A stretch of DNA of 64,000 nucleotides from Bacteroidales bacterium (GCA_007130125.1 SLSZ01000143.1:41852-105851); one strand, 5' to 3'; positions 34,727 to 44,425 are shown, counted from the stretch's first letter. A program made the numbers and translations. Notes: a model not told the origin generated them from the letters alone.

Positions 34727-36049
34727 TTAATCCAATACAGTATAATCTAACTCTAACCTAAACGGGTTAATTGTTCGACCCGGCCCTTTTAATACAACCC
34801 TGGTAGCATGGTTGTATGATTCTGCTATTACCAAAGTCATGCCATAATTTTTTTCCGGGTCTTTAATTAGTTCCTGGAAATGTTTAGTAATATTTATTAT
34901 GTATTCATTATTATCTTCATCATAATATCCTCCAAAATAACCATGGTTGCTGTCAATAATGTGAGATAAATTCCCTTGTTCATCATTTTTTAATAAATAA
35001 AACCTGTTTGGGTTTGGAGCAACAACATATTGGTCTGCAATATTAAAATGGTCATCAACCGGCATTACAAGCTTGGCAGAATTGATAACCGCGCTTTTTT
35101 GTGCTAGCTTTTCCAGTGAGTCTTTAGGGAAGTCAATAAAAACGTTTGTTCCAGCCATAGCTTGCAGAAACAGCAGGCTGTCACCATAAGATGTTTCATT
35201 TTCGAGTATCTGTTTTTTAAGCAGTTCGTTTGCGTTTTCATCGTAATTGTGCTCAATATAGGTAGATCTGCCTGAAAAATCACCAATAGTAAACGATCTG
35301 CTTCTTGATATGGTGTCTCCTTCTGTTTTGTAAAACAGTCTGATACCTGATCCCCTGACTGCACCCGAAGCCAATAGCATGTTGAAATATAAAATTGCGC
35401 CTTCTTCATGAGGTTCAAGCTCATCAACAGTAATAAATAATCCTTTAAAATACTTTATAAAAGCATCGTTGTTGGCAAAATGTTCGGTGCCGGAAGCATC
35501 TACGAGCTTTTGTCCAAAATCATCAGACAAACGTATTCTCAAATGCGGAGGATATTCACTCTCACCCACGGTTATACTGTCATTTGGTATAGGCCTGACT
35601 AATGTGTCTGCTAGCGTATAAGGTTTATGTTCGATTGTGAGTGTTGAGTAATAAGCTCCGTTTGTGCGTTCAGGAAAATTTTCAGACAACTCATAAATCT
35701 TTACATTTTGCCTTGTTGTATCATTACCATAATAACCGGCATAATATAGTTCCAGTACAACTGAGTCGAGTACAGGATTTTCACCAAGGTCAAGGTTGTT
35801 TTCCAGGAGCCTGAATTCACTATAAATGCTGGCTTTAGTAGAGCCAAACGCCGGATCATTACGAAACCCTAACATGTTTCGTATAGAGTAATTTGTTGGC
35901 ACTGAATCTTCCGGTATAGTATAAGCTGTGAGTTTATAACTGGAAGTTTCCACACTGGCTTGATCATCAATAAAATTCAAACCGATCTCATCAGGTTCAT
36001 CACAACCTATGACGAAAAAAATCATTGAAACCGGAATTATTTTTAACAC
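34727..36049 (-). CDS. DUF4270-family lipoprotein
   Basis: Conserved Bacteroidota partner of the short glycogen-synthase-like gene and glmS. The track start (TTG 36121) would translate through an intrinsic terminator. I prefer GTG 36049, giving MLKIIPVSMIFFVIGC (a good lipoprotein signal). Confidence 0.6.
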   Translation of the reverse strand: MLKIIPVSMIFFVIGCDEPDEIGLNFIDDQASVETSSYKLTAYTIPEDSVPTNYSIRNMLGFRNDPAFGSTKASIYSEFRLLENNLDLGENPVLDSVVLELYYAGYYGNDTTRQNVKIYELSENFPERTNGAYYSTLTIEHKPYTLADTLVRPIPNDSITVGESEYPPHLRIRLSDDFGQKLVDASGTEHFANNDAFIKYFKGLFITVDELEPHEEGAILYFNMLLASGAVRGSGIRLFYKTEGDTISRSRSFTIGDFSGRSTYIEHNYDENANELLKKQILENETSYGDSLLFLQAMAGTNVFIDFPKDSLEKLAQKSAVINSAKLVMPVDDHFNIADQYVVAPNPNRFYLLKNDEQGNLSHIIDSNHGYFGGYYDEDNNEYIINITKHFQELIKDPEKNYGMTLVIAESYNHATRVVLKGPGRTINPFRLELDYTVLD

Positions 36050-36056
36050 AAGGCTG

Positions 36057-36080
36057 AAAAAACCCCCGTGATGACGGGGG
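36057..36080 (-). terminator. Rho-independent terminator after the glycogen-synthase-like gene
   Basis: On the minus strand: CCCCCGT-CATC-ACGGGGG (7-bp G/C-rich stem, 4-nt loop) followed directly by TTTTTT. Lies 85 nt downstream of the stop at 36165. Confidence 0.85.
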
Positions 36081-36164
36081 ATATTAAATATTCTCAAAAC
36101 TTTAAATTTTAATGTTTGCAAAAAAAAGGTTTAATAATCTGTAAACGCAAATGTACATTAAAAA

Positions 36165-36992
36165 TTATTCACTCAAAACTGATTCTGAAACAAGAATTTC
36201 ATCGTAAAAGTCATTATGGTCATCTATGTAGGTGTCCATTGACTCAAACTTCAGCAGGGGCTTGCCGCTGCTATGCACATAGCTTTCCACTTCCGGGTTG
36301 ATTTTTTCACTACTCAAAATCACTCCATCAGAAAAGTTAACAGCCGCTTTGCAAATATTAACATACGTAGGTTCTTTATAAAGCTCCAGGTCTTCATCTT
36401 TCATTTCTTTTGTTTTGAATTTTTTGATAATATCTTTATTCAATTGATCTGGGAACTCATCATCAAAGATTGAAAAAACAACTTTTGTTTCAGAAAACAT
36501 TGGATTTTCTTTCAGAACAGTTTTGAAGTACAAAGGCAGCAGGCTTGAAAACCAACCGCTGCAATGAACAATATCTGGGGCCCAGCCTAATTTTTTGACC
36601 GTTTCAATAACTCCCCTGCTAAAGAAAATAGCTCGCTCATCGTTGTCTTCAAAATAGTTGCCATTTTTGTCTTTAAGAGTAAACTTTCTTTGAAAAAAAT
36701 CTTCATTATCAATGAAATAGATTTGCATCCTGGCAGATTGAATGGAAGCTACTTTAATAATCAGGGGATGGTCTGTGTCATCGATAATAAGGTTCATGCC
36801 GGAAAGGCGAATTACTTCATGGAGCTGATTCCTTCTTTCATTTATGCATCCAAAGCGAGGCATAAACGTCCTTATCTCTTTTCCCTTTTCTTGTATTCCC
36901 TGGGGGAGGTAACGGCCTAGTGTGCCCATGTGAGACTCCTTAAGATAAGGGGTGATTTCTTGATGTACAAAAAGAACTTTTGGTTTTTCCAT
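36165..36992 (-). CDS. Short glycogen/starch synthase-like protein (N-terminal Glyco_transf_5-type domain only)
   Basis: 275 aa. KVLFVHQEITPY...GTLGRYLPQ...RTFMPRFG...QIYFIDNEDFF resembles the N-terminal half of GlgA. The C-terminal GT-B half is absent. Confidence 0.75.
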   Translation of the reverse strand: MEKPKVLFVHQEITPYLKESHMGTLGRYLPQGIQEKGKEIRTFMPRFGCINERRNQLHEVIRLSGMNLIIDDTDHPLIIKVASIQSARMQIYFIDNEDFFQRKFTLKDKNGNYFEDNDERAIFFSRGVIETVKKLGWAPDIVHCSGWFSSLLPLYFKTVLKENPMFSETKVVFSIFDDEFPDQLNKDIIKKFKTKEMKDEDLELYKEPTYVNICKAAVNFSDGVILSSEKINPEVESYVHSSGKPLLKFESMDTYIDDHNDFYDEILVSESVLSE

Positions 36993-37031
36993 ATTTATTA
37001 GCTGATTGACTTGTTACTAAAAAAAGGTATG

Positions 37032-37039
37032 CAAAATTA
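37032..37039 (-). promoter_or_regulatory. Candidate -7 promoter box (TAATTTTG on minus strand) for the glycogen-synthase-like gene
   Basis: Matches TAnnTTTG, 39 nt upstream of ATG 36992. Confidence 0.4.
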
Positions 37040-37207
37040 AAGAATTTTTTGCTAACTTTCAAATAATTCTATTAGCTTTGCGGATTTATTTTATATAAAC
37101 ATATCTTAGGTTGTTTCATGTAAATTGTATAGCAACGAAAGTAAGAGGTTCTGGTTTGTATTATGTTATAATTTTGTAAAGTATGATCTGCATAGTTTTT
37201 TTTATTT

Positions 37208-37215
37208 TAATTTTG
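37208..37215 (+). promoter_or_regulatory. Candidate -7 promoter box TAATTTTG for panCD
   Basis: Matches TAnnTTTG, 31 nt upstream of GTG 37247. A second match, TAGCTTTG, lies at 37073-37080. Confidence 0.4.
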
Positions 37216-37246
37216 CCGATTATTTATTAATTAAAAACATAGTCAG

Positions 37247-38092
37247 GTGAAGGTTTTTGAAACAATAAAAGAAGTTAAGGCTCACATTGCAGGTTTAAAA
37301 AAAACAGGTAAATCGATTGGTTTTGTGCCAACGATGGGAGCTTTGCATAGGGGGCATATAGAGCTTATTAAACAAGCAAGGCAGAATAATGACGTTGTAG
37401 CTGTTAGTGTTTTTGTTAATCCTAAGCAATTCAATAATCCGGAAGATTTGAAAAAATATCCCCGGGATCTGGAAAAAGATCTTGGTATTATTTCCGAAAT
37501 AGGTTGTGATGTAGTTTTTGCACCATCAACAGAAGAGATGTACCCGGGACCTGTTGCCGAGAATTATTATTTTGGTGATTTGGAAGAAACAATGGAAGGT
37601 AAATATAGAAAAGGCCATTTTAAAGGGGTTGCTATTGTAGTGAAAAGATTATTTGATATTATTGAGCCTGACAAAGCTTATTTTGGAAAAAAAGATTATC
37701 AACAGCTTATGGTAGTGAAGAAATTAGTTGAAAAAACCGGATTGCCTGTTGAAATAGTCCCGTGCGAGACTGTACGTGAACCTGATGGCCTCGCGATGAG
37801 TTCACGTAATAAACGGTTGACCCCTCAACAAAGAAAAGAAGCACCAATTATTTATAAATCTCTTATTAAGGCTTCAAGACTATATCCCAATACACCAATT
37901 GAGCAGATCAAGCAAATAATTACTTATGATATTAACAGTATGCCTTCTTTACAGCTTGAGTATTTTGAAATTGTTGATTCCGAGAACCTAAAACCGATAA
38001 CCTCTAAAAAGGCCGGACAAAAACCGATTGCATGTATTGCAGTTTATGCCGGCGATATTAGATTGATTGACAATATGATATTTAATGATTAA
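37247..38092 (+). CDS. panC: Pantoate--beta-alanine ligase
   Basis: 281 aa. FVPTMGALHRGH (HIGH-like), VSVFVNP.QF, AYFGKKDYQQ, SSRN motifs. GTG start. Confidence 0.95.
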   Translation: MKVFETIKEVKAHIAGLKKTGKSIGFVPTMGALHRGHIELIKQARQNNDVVAVSVFVNPKQFNNPEDLKKYPRDLEKDLGIISEIGCDVVFAPSTEEMYPGPVAENYYFGDLEETMEGKYRKGHFKGVAIVVKRLFDIIEPDKAYFGKKDYQQLMVVKKLVEKTGLPVEIVPCETVREPDGLAMSSRNKRLTPQQRKEAPIIYKSLIKASRLYPNTPIEQIKQIITYDINSMPSLQLEYFEIVDSENLKPITSKKAGQKPIACIAVYAGDIRLIDNMIFND

Positions 38093-38146
38093 TTTTGGTG
38101 TGTTTTTAAAATAGAATCAGTTTTAATTTGAAAATTTCTTATAATA

Positions 38147-38491
38147 ATGTTTGTTGAGATATTAAAATCTAAAATTCACAGGGCTGTTGTAACTGAAGCA
38201 AACCTGCACTACATAGGTAGTATTACTATTGATGAATCATTGATGGAGGCAGCCGGGTTGATTGAAAATGAAAAAGTACAAGTTGTAAATATTAATAATG
38301 GCGAGAGGATCGACACTTATGTAATCAAAGGAGTAAGGGGGTCTGGTGTAATTTGCATGAACGGACCGGCAGCACGGAAATCCCATCCCGGGGATATTGT
38401 GATTATATTATCATATGCTATGATGGATATGGATAAAGCTCCCGACTTTAAGCCTAAAGTTATTTTTCCGGATAATAAAAATCGAATTTGA
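38147..38491 (+). CDS. panD: Aspartate 1-decarboxylase (pyruvoyl-dependent)
   Basis: 114 aa. [24 protein letters not shown] with the Gly-Ser self-processing site. Confidence 0.95.
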   Translation: MFVEILKSKIHRAVVTEANLHYIGSITIDESLMEAAGLIENEKVQVVNINNGERIDTYVIKGVRGSGVICMNGPAARKSHPGDIVIILSYAMMDMDKAPDFKPKVIFPDNKNRI

Positions 38492-38497
38492 TTTGCT

Positions 38498-39559
38498 TTG
38501 AAAAAAGGGATTAAGCGTACATTAAGGATCCTTGGTTTTTTGTTCGTTGGCTTTATATTGTTATGGCACGTTACAAAAGATCAGGATAGTGAACGGATAA
38601 TTTTTGAAATTATAAATGCCAATTATTGGTGGATAGTTTTGTCTATGATTGTTGGCTTAATAAGCCACTTTTTCAGAGCTTTACGATGGAACCTTCTTGT
38701 ATCTACGCTGGGCTACGAAACCAAAACATCTGCAACCTTTTATGCATTAATGACCGGCTATTTGTTTAATATTGTTGTACCGCGATTGGGGGAAATAACA
38801 AGATGCGGAGTGCTGCATCGTCATTCAAAAGTGCCGTTTAGCATTTTGTTCGGTACAGTACTATCCGAAAGGTTCTTTGATATGATTTGCTTGATTCTAT
38901 TAATTAGTGTAACAGTATTATTGCAATTATCTTTTCTGCAATCCTTTCTGGCAGAATATATTTACTTTCCTTTGCTTCATAGATTTGAGAACAATTATTT
39001 TTTGATTATTATTACTTTTATAGCTGCAGTTGCAGTTTTGTTTTTCTTATTTAAGTTCTTTAAAAAGCGTTTTCAGAAAGCAAAGCCTGAGGGTAGAATG
39101 TCATGGTTAAAAATGCAGATAAAGGGAATGCTATCAGGTATAAAGACTATCCGTTATATGCGTAAAAGATGGACTTTTATCTTTTATACATTGATGATCT
39201 GGGTGAATTATTTTCTGATGGTTTACCTTTGTTTTTTTGCAATCCGGGGAACATCACATCTGGGATTATCTGAAGGCGTTACTGTTTTGTCACTGGGAAG
39301 TCTTGGTATAGTTGCACCCGTACCGGGAGGTATTGGCACATATCATTTTATTGTGATCAAAATTTTAACAGAGCTCTATAATATACAATCCGAATATGCG
39401 GTATCTTATGCATATATTGCTCACGCATCTCAAATATTAATGCTTTTGTTGGCAGGGTTGTTTTCTGTGCTAATGATCTCTTTCTTTATGAAAAAGAAGA
39501 AGAAAGATAATACAGATGTAAACCGTGCAAATGAAAGGAAATTAAATAAACCGGTGTGA
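38498..39559 (+). CDS. Flippase-like membrane protein (UPF0104 / LPG-synthase TM-region family), second copy in window
   Basis: 353 aa, about 8 TM helices. R.LRW..L, PRLGEITR and PVPGGIGTYHF motifs of the family. TTG start 6 nt after the panD stop, with no nearby ATG. Confidence 0.7.
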   Translation: MKKGIKRTLRILGFLFVGFILLWHVTKDQDSERIIFEIINANYWWIVLSMIVGLISHFFRALRWNLLVSTLGYETKTSATFYALMTGYLFNIVVPRLGEITRCGVLHRHSKVPFSILFGTVLSERFFDMICLILLISVTVLLQLSFLQSFLAEYIYFPLLHRFENNYFLIIITFIAAVAVLFFLFKFFKKRFQKAKPEGRMSWLKMQIKGMLSGIKTIRYMRKRWTFIFYTLMIWVNYFLMVYLCFFAIRGTSHLGLSEGVTVLSLGSLGIVAPVPGGIGTYHFIVIKILTELYNIQSEYAVSYAYIAHASQILMLLLAGLFSVLMISFFMKKKKKDNTDVNRANERKLNKPV

Positions 39560-39665
39560 TCTTTCAGGATATTTTTGCTTGTTTTGTGAAACAATAAATG
39601 AATAATAACTGTTAAGTTTACAATAGCGGCGTTACTTTTTTAGTTAATTATCAAAATTTTAAGAA

Positions 39666-40148
39666 ATGAAAAAACAGGATGTAATACAAAATAAGATTAT
39701 CAAGGATGATGAGTTATCAAGAAAGTTGGCATACTGGAACTTTCTGGATCAAAAAACTGTTTTTACTAATGGATGTTTTGATGTAATACATCTTGGTCAT
39801 ATTATGTATCTTTCTCAGGCTGCCGACCTGGGAGATGTTTTGATAATTGGGTTGAATACGGACAAATCAGTGCAAAGAATAAAAGGCGACAAAAGGCCTA
39901 TAAATGATCAACACGCCAGGTCAATGGTTTTGGCTTCTTTACGTTTTGTAGATTCAGTGGTTTTATTTGATGAAGACACACCACTGGAACTTATAAAAAA
40001 GATAAAACCAGATGTTCTGGTTAAGGGAAGTGATTATGCAGATAATGAAATTGTTGGAGCAGATGTTGTAAAGTCTAATGGAGGAGAGGTTGTTACCATC
40101 GATTTTATTGAAGGTTATTCTTCTTCGGAAATTATCAAAAAACTATAA
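39666..40148 (+). CDS. rfaE2: D-glycero-beta-D-manno-heptose 1-phosphate adenylyltransferase (RfaE domain II type cytidylyltransferase)
   Basis: 160 aa. TNGCFDVIHLGHIMYLSQA and the PD.LVKG.DY pattern. Confidence 0.85.
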   Translation: MKKQDVIQNKIIKDDELSRKLAYWNFLDQKTVFTNGCFDVIHLGHIMYLSQAADLGDVLIIGLNTDKSVQRIKGDKRPINDQHARSMVLASLRFVDSVVLFDEDTPLELIKKIKPDVLVKGSDYADNEIVGADVVKSNGGEVVTIDFIEGYSSSEIIKKL

Positions 40149-40444
40149 CTATTGACCATGTTTTTCTAATAAAACTCCGGATATTCGTTTTAAAGTACGT
40201 TTATTTTGTTTTATCTTTGTACTTTATTGTGAATATCTTGGTATTCCCAAAAACAACCAGGCCATCACTCAAAACATGCCTGTGATATTTGTGGTTCATA
40301 GTATCTGATGAAAAGAGATAGTTGCAGGTTACACTTTCTGGTAATAATTCTTTCATCTTTGGATTTATGAAAAAATAACACTTATGATGGCTTATATTTA
40401 TTACATTTATTTCGCCTATTAGCTTAATTATAAATCAATGCAAT

Positions 40445-42115
40445 ATGTCTGAAAACAAGTTTTTCAAAAATAAAAGATTTCAAATTTACTTACCGCTTTT
40501 GTTAGCTGTAGTTCTTGTTATAGGGGTGTTTCTTGGCCTAAACCTCAACTTTAAAGGTGCCATAAAAACGCCGGACAATAAATTTTTCTCTATAAGCTTT
40601 GATAAACATGATAAGATAAACCACGTTCTTAATTATGTTTACGAGTCGTATGTTGATACAGTTGACAAGACTAAGCTTGAAGAGAGCACAATCAGGAGCA
40701 TTATAGACAATCTTGATCCTCACTCTTCCTATATAACTGCCGAGGATTTTCGTGATCTGAACGATCCATTAATGGGTAAATTTGAAGGTATAGGTATAGA
40801 GTTTAACATGATTAATGATACTGTGATGGTAATTAATCCGATTCCCGGTGGGCCGAGTGAAAAAATCGGCTTGATGGCTGGAGACCGGATAGTCAAGGTA
40901 GAAGGAGAGGATATAGCCGGGGTCAATATATCATCAACTGAAGTTGTTCATATGTTAAAAGGAGAGAAAGGAACAGAGGTTAGTATATCGGTATATCGCC
41001 GGGGAGTTGATGAGCTGATTGATTTTACCATTACCCGGGATGAAATACCTTCATATAGTCTTGATATAGCTTATATGGTTGATGATAAAACGGGGTATAT
41101 AAAATTAAGCAGGTTTTCTGCGACGACGCATAATGAGTTTCGCAAGGCATTAGACCGGTTAAAGATGGCAGACATGTCAAAATTGGTTCTTGACCTACGC
41201 GGCAATCAGGGGGGATTCATGGATGCTGCAATAAATATTGCTGATGAATTGCTTGAGCCGCGAAACTTAATTGTTTATACCGATGGTCGCAACCGACCTA
41301 AGTCCTATGCTCACGCTCGCAGAAATGGAGCTTTCGAGACTCAACCTTTAATTGTCCTTATTGATGAATGGTCAGCATCAGCCAGTGAGATCATTGCTGG
41401 TGCAGTACAAGATAATGACCGCGGATTGATCGTTGGAAGAAGGTCTTTTGGCAAAGGCCTTGTGCAAGAACAGGTGCAGCTTGGTGATGGCTCGGCCTTA
41501 AGACTTACAGTAGCAAGATATTATACGCCAACAGGCAGAAGTATTCAAAGTCCTTATGAAGCCGGCGAACAGGAAGAATATTTTACAAGTTTCGTTGACA
41601 GGTTGATGGATGACAAACCTGTTGAAAAAGACTCATTGATCCATGACAGCCTTAAATTTGAAACACCGGCAGGACGTGCCGTTTATGGTGGTGGTGGCAT
41701 TATGCCCGATGTGTTTGTTCCTTTTCGCACAGGCGAAAATGTCTTCTTCTTTAATAAACTGGTTAACAGGGGGCTTATTTATCAATTTGCTTTTGAATAT
41801 TCCGACAGAAATCGCCAAGCATTGTCTAAATATGAGGATAGTGATGATTTTATCAAAAATTTTTATGTGGATAATTTGATTTTCAATAACTTTATTGGAT
41901 TTATAAATGAAAGAGGAGTGGAGCCTAAACCTGTGGAGCTGGAAGATTCTGAAGAGCTTATTAAAAATTACCTGAAAGCATATATAGGAAGGAATATTTA
42001 TGGCAATGAAGCATTTTATCCCGTGCTTCATGAAAAGGATGCTGCATTCAAAAAAGCTGTAGAGCTATTGCAGGGAGAACAATATATTACATACCTTAGT
42101 CCTGATAAGTATTAA
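40445..42115 (+). CDS. S41-family C-terminal processing peptidase (Ctp/Tsp-like)
   Basis: 556 aa. N-terminal TM. PDZ (GIGIEF...GGPSEKIGLMAGDRIVKVEG). Catalytic region LDLRGNQGG, SASASEI (Ser) and GKG (Lys). Confidence 0.9.
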   Translation: MSENKFFKNKRFQIYLPLLLAVVLVIGVFLGLNLNFKGAIKTPDNKFFSISFDKHDKINHVLNYVYESYVDTVDKTKLEESTIRSIIDNLDPHSSYITAEDFRDLNDPLMGKFEGIGIEFNMINDTVMVINPIPGGPSEKIGLMAGDRIVKVEGEDIAGVNISSTEVVHMLKGEKGTEVSISVYRRGVDELIDFTITRDEIPSYSLDIAYMVDDKTGYIKLSRFSATTHNEFRKALDRLKMADMSKLVLDLRGNQGGFMDAAINIADELLEPRNLIVYTDGRNRPKSYAHARRNGAFETQPLIVLIDEWSASASEIIAGAVQDNDRGLIVGRRSFGKGLVQEQVQLGDGSALRLTVARYYTPTGRSIQSPYEAGEQEEYFTSFVDRLMDDKPVEKDSLIHDSLKFETPAGRAVYGGGGIMPDVFVPFRTGENVFFFNKLVNRGLIYQFAFEYSDRNRQALSKYEDSDDFIKNFYVDNLIFNNFIGFINERGVEPKPVELEDSEELIKNYLKAYIGRNIYGNEAFYPVLHEKDAAFKKAVELLQGEQYITYLSPDKY

Positions 42116-42168
42116 CCTTTACGGTCTTTATAGATGCTTTTGCTATAAATTAATTTTATGCAGTATTG

Positions 42169-42726
42169 TTAAAAACCAATCTGGGGTGCGATCTTCTTCA
42201 TAGCATTTAGAGCTATTTCCGCAAACTCATTAACTGTCAGTCCAAGCTTTTCACATTCTTTAATGGTTTCACGATTAACTGAAGCTGCAAAAGCTTTTTC
42301 TTTCATTCTTTTTGTGATTGATTTTGGCTTTACACTTTCAAGTTTTTTGTCGGGATAAACCAATGCAGTGGCAAAAATGAGCCCTGTAATAGTTTCACCG
42401 GCAGCCAATGCATGGTGGAATTTTTCCGTGCGTTTTTGTCCATGGGAAGCTTCTTCATTGTGTAATTTTATAGCTTCGATAATATCATCATCTAATCCTT
42501 TTTGCTTTAATATTTTTTCGGTTTCAAGACCATGTGTATGCATGTCGTTATTTACGATTTCAGCATCAAGGTCATGTAATAATCCGGCAATACCCCATTT
42601 TTCTTTGTCTTCGCCCAGGTGATCGGCCAAAGCTCGCAATACGGCTTCAGATGCCAAACAATGAGCTAGCATCTTTTCATTTTTTATGTGCTTTTTCAGC
42701 AAATCCAAAGCTTCTTCACGGTTCAT
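42169..42726 (-). CDS. HD/HDIG-domain phosphohydrolase
   Basis: 185 aa. H...HD metal motif (LAHCLASEAV...AGLLHDLD). A TATTTTTG-type box (42778-42785, minus strand) lies 51 nt upstream. Confidence 0.8.
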   Translation of the reverse strand: MNREEALDLLKKHIKNEKMLAHCLASEAVLRALADHLGEDKEKWGIAGLLHDLDAEIVNNDMHTHGLETEKILKQKGLDDDIIEAIKLHNEEASHGQKRTEKFHHALAAGETITGLIFATALVYPDKKLESVKPKSITKRMKEKAFAASVNRETIKECEKLGLTVNEFAEIALNAMKKIAPQIGF

Positions 42727-42988
42727 AATATTTGTGTTTTTATGGTGATTGTAAAACTAATAATATATTATATTAAGCAAAAATATAAAATTTAAACTAC
42801 ACGGAAATTTTTGAAAAATTAAAGATTGGAAGTTGATACTGTAAAAAAGTGAGAATGATATATAATGTTGAGAATTGTTGGCCTTATTTTTAATATGCTT
42901 TGAGAATTATTAAAAACTATCCGATAAAAATAATATTTTTAACAAAACTATTTTGTGCCCGGATTGTTCAATATACAAGAATAAAAAG

Positions 42989-44155
42989 ATGAGAGTTATG
43001 TCATTTATTATTTTTTTCTCTATTGTAATTGGTATTTATGCTTTGGCCAATTATTATGTTTATCAAAAAGGTCTGCTTTCCTTATCAGCTTACCCGCTGA
43101 TTAAGCAATACTTTAAGATTGTTTTCTGGTTTTTGGTTTTGACTTACCCTACCGGTAGAATAATGGAGAAAATATATCTTTCTTATTTCAGTGATGCTTT
43201 GGTTTGGGTTGGATCGTTTTGGCTGGCGGCTTTGTTATATTTCTTTCTTTTTTGCCTTCTGATAGATTTGATTAGTTTAATAAACGGCATATGGCATTTT
43301 ATTCCTGAATTGTTTTATAAAGGATCTTTCCAAAAAGTTTTATTTTTAGCAGTAACAGGTGGTGTTATGGTTTTACTGGCAGGAGGTTTTATCAATGCCA
43401 GAATGCCTGTTGTTAAAAATACTGATATTCATATCCCTAAAGCTGCCGGAGCAAGGGAACATTTGCATGCAGTATTGATCTCTGATGTTCATTTGGGAAC
43501 ACTTATAGGCAACGGCTATTTGGAAAGGATAGTTTCTGAGATAAATAATATTTCACCTGAAATAGTTTTTATTGCCGGGGATTTGGTTGATGAAGATTTG
43601 CAGCCTGTCTTACGGCAGAATATAGGCCATACTTTAAGTAAACTAAACCCTTATTTGGGGGTTTTTGCTGTTACCGGCAATCACGAGTTTATAGGAGGCG
43701 CTGAGGAAGCCGTATCCTATTTGGAAAAATATGGAATTACTTTTTTACGTGATACTATTTTAAAAGTTGATAACAGTTTTTATGTTATTGGCAGGGAAGA
43801 TCGTGAAATGCAAAGATTTACAGGAGTTGAGAGAAAGCCCCTGGATGAATTGATTTCTATGGCCGATGATAGTTATCCCTTCATACTAATTGATCATCAA
43901 CCTTTTTATTTGAAGAAAACGGCGGAATCGGGTATAGATCTGCAATTGTCCGGACATACTCATCACGGACAACTTTGGCCTTTGAATTACATTACTTCAG
44001 CAATGTACAAGGTTAGTCATGGACACGAAAATGTAAGCGGTATGGAGGTATATGTTACCTCAGGTGTTGGCACATGGGGCCCCCCACTGCGAATAGGAAG
44101 CAGGCCGGAAATTATTAATATGAAAATCTATTTTGATGTTGTTTCGGAAAAATAG
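42989..44155 (+). CDS. Membrane-anchored metallophosphoesterase (YkuE-like calcineurin-fold)
   Basis: N-terminal TM helices, then ISDVHLG, GDLVD, GNHE, GHTHHGQ motifs. The track start 42953 is a TTG; I prefer ATG 42989 (MRVMSFIIFF...). Confidence 0.85.
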   Translation: MRVMSFIIFFSIVIGIYALANYYVYQKGLLSLSAYPLIKQYFKIVFWFLVLTYPTGRIMEKIYLSYFSDALVWVGSFWLAALLYFFLFCLLIDLISLINGIWHFIPELFYKGSFQKVLFLAVTGGVMVLLAGGFINARMPVVKNTDIHIPKAAGAREHLHAVLISDVHLGTLIGNGYLERIVSEINNISPEIVFIAGDLVDEDLQPVLRQNIGHTLSKLNPYLGVFAVTGNHEFIGGAEEAVSYLEKYGITFLRDTILKVDNSFYVIGREDREMQRFTGVERKPLDELISMADDSYPFILIDHQPFYLKKTAESGIDLQLSGHTHHGQLWPLNYITSAMYKVSHGHENVSGMEVYVTSGVGTWGPPLRIGSRPEIINMKIYFDVVSEK

Positions 44156-44164
44156 ACCTTAAAA

Positions 44165-44425
44165 TTACTCTTCAACCTGTTTGTATTTGTCCTTTTTTCT
44201 CTTTCTAATAAAAATGCCTGCAATGAGAGAGTAAGTTCTTATAGCGGTGTTTAGTCCTCGCTTAAATCGCGAAGCTAATGCTCCTAAAGAAAGAAAATCA
44301 CCGGCATGACCCAGGTTTTCCTCAAGGTTTTTTTCAGCCAGCAGCATTTCATACCGTAATTTTGCTTTTTCAAGCTTAATATCCTGAATGCTGCGCATTT
44401 TTTTAAAACGCTTTGTATCTATCAT
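44165..44425 (-). CDS. Hypothetical protein (86 aa, coiled-coil plus C-terminal hydrophobic/basic segment)
   Basis: Third gene of the YtxH / holin-X-like cluster. No family recognised. Confidence 0.5.
   Translation of the reverse strand: MIDTKRFKKMRSIQDIKLEKAKLRYEMLLAEKNLEENLGHAGDFLSLGALASRFKRGLNTAIRTYSLIAGIFIRKRKKDKYKQVEE

Noticed and set aside
44070-44085. GGGGCCCC palindrome (also CCCGGG at about 37464) as possible regulatory sites
   Set aside because: Both lie inside well-supported coding regions, and the conserved protein motifs they encode explain them.
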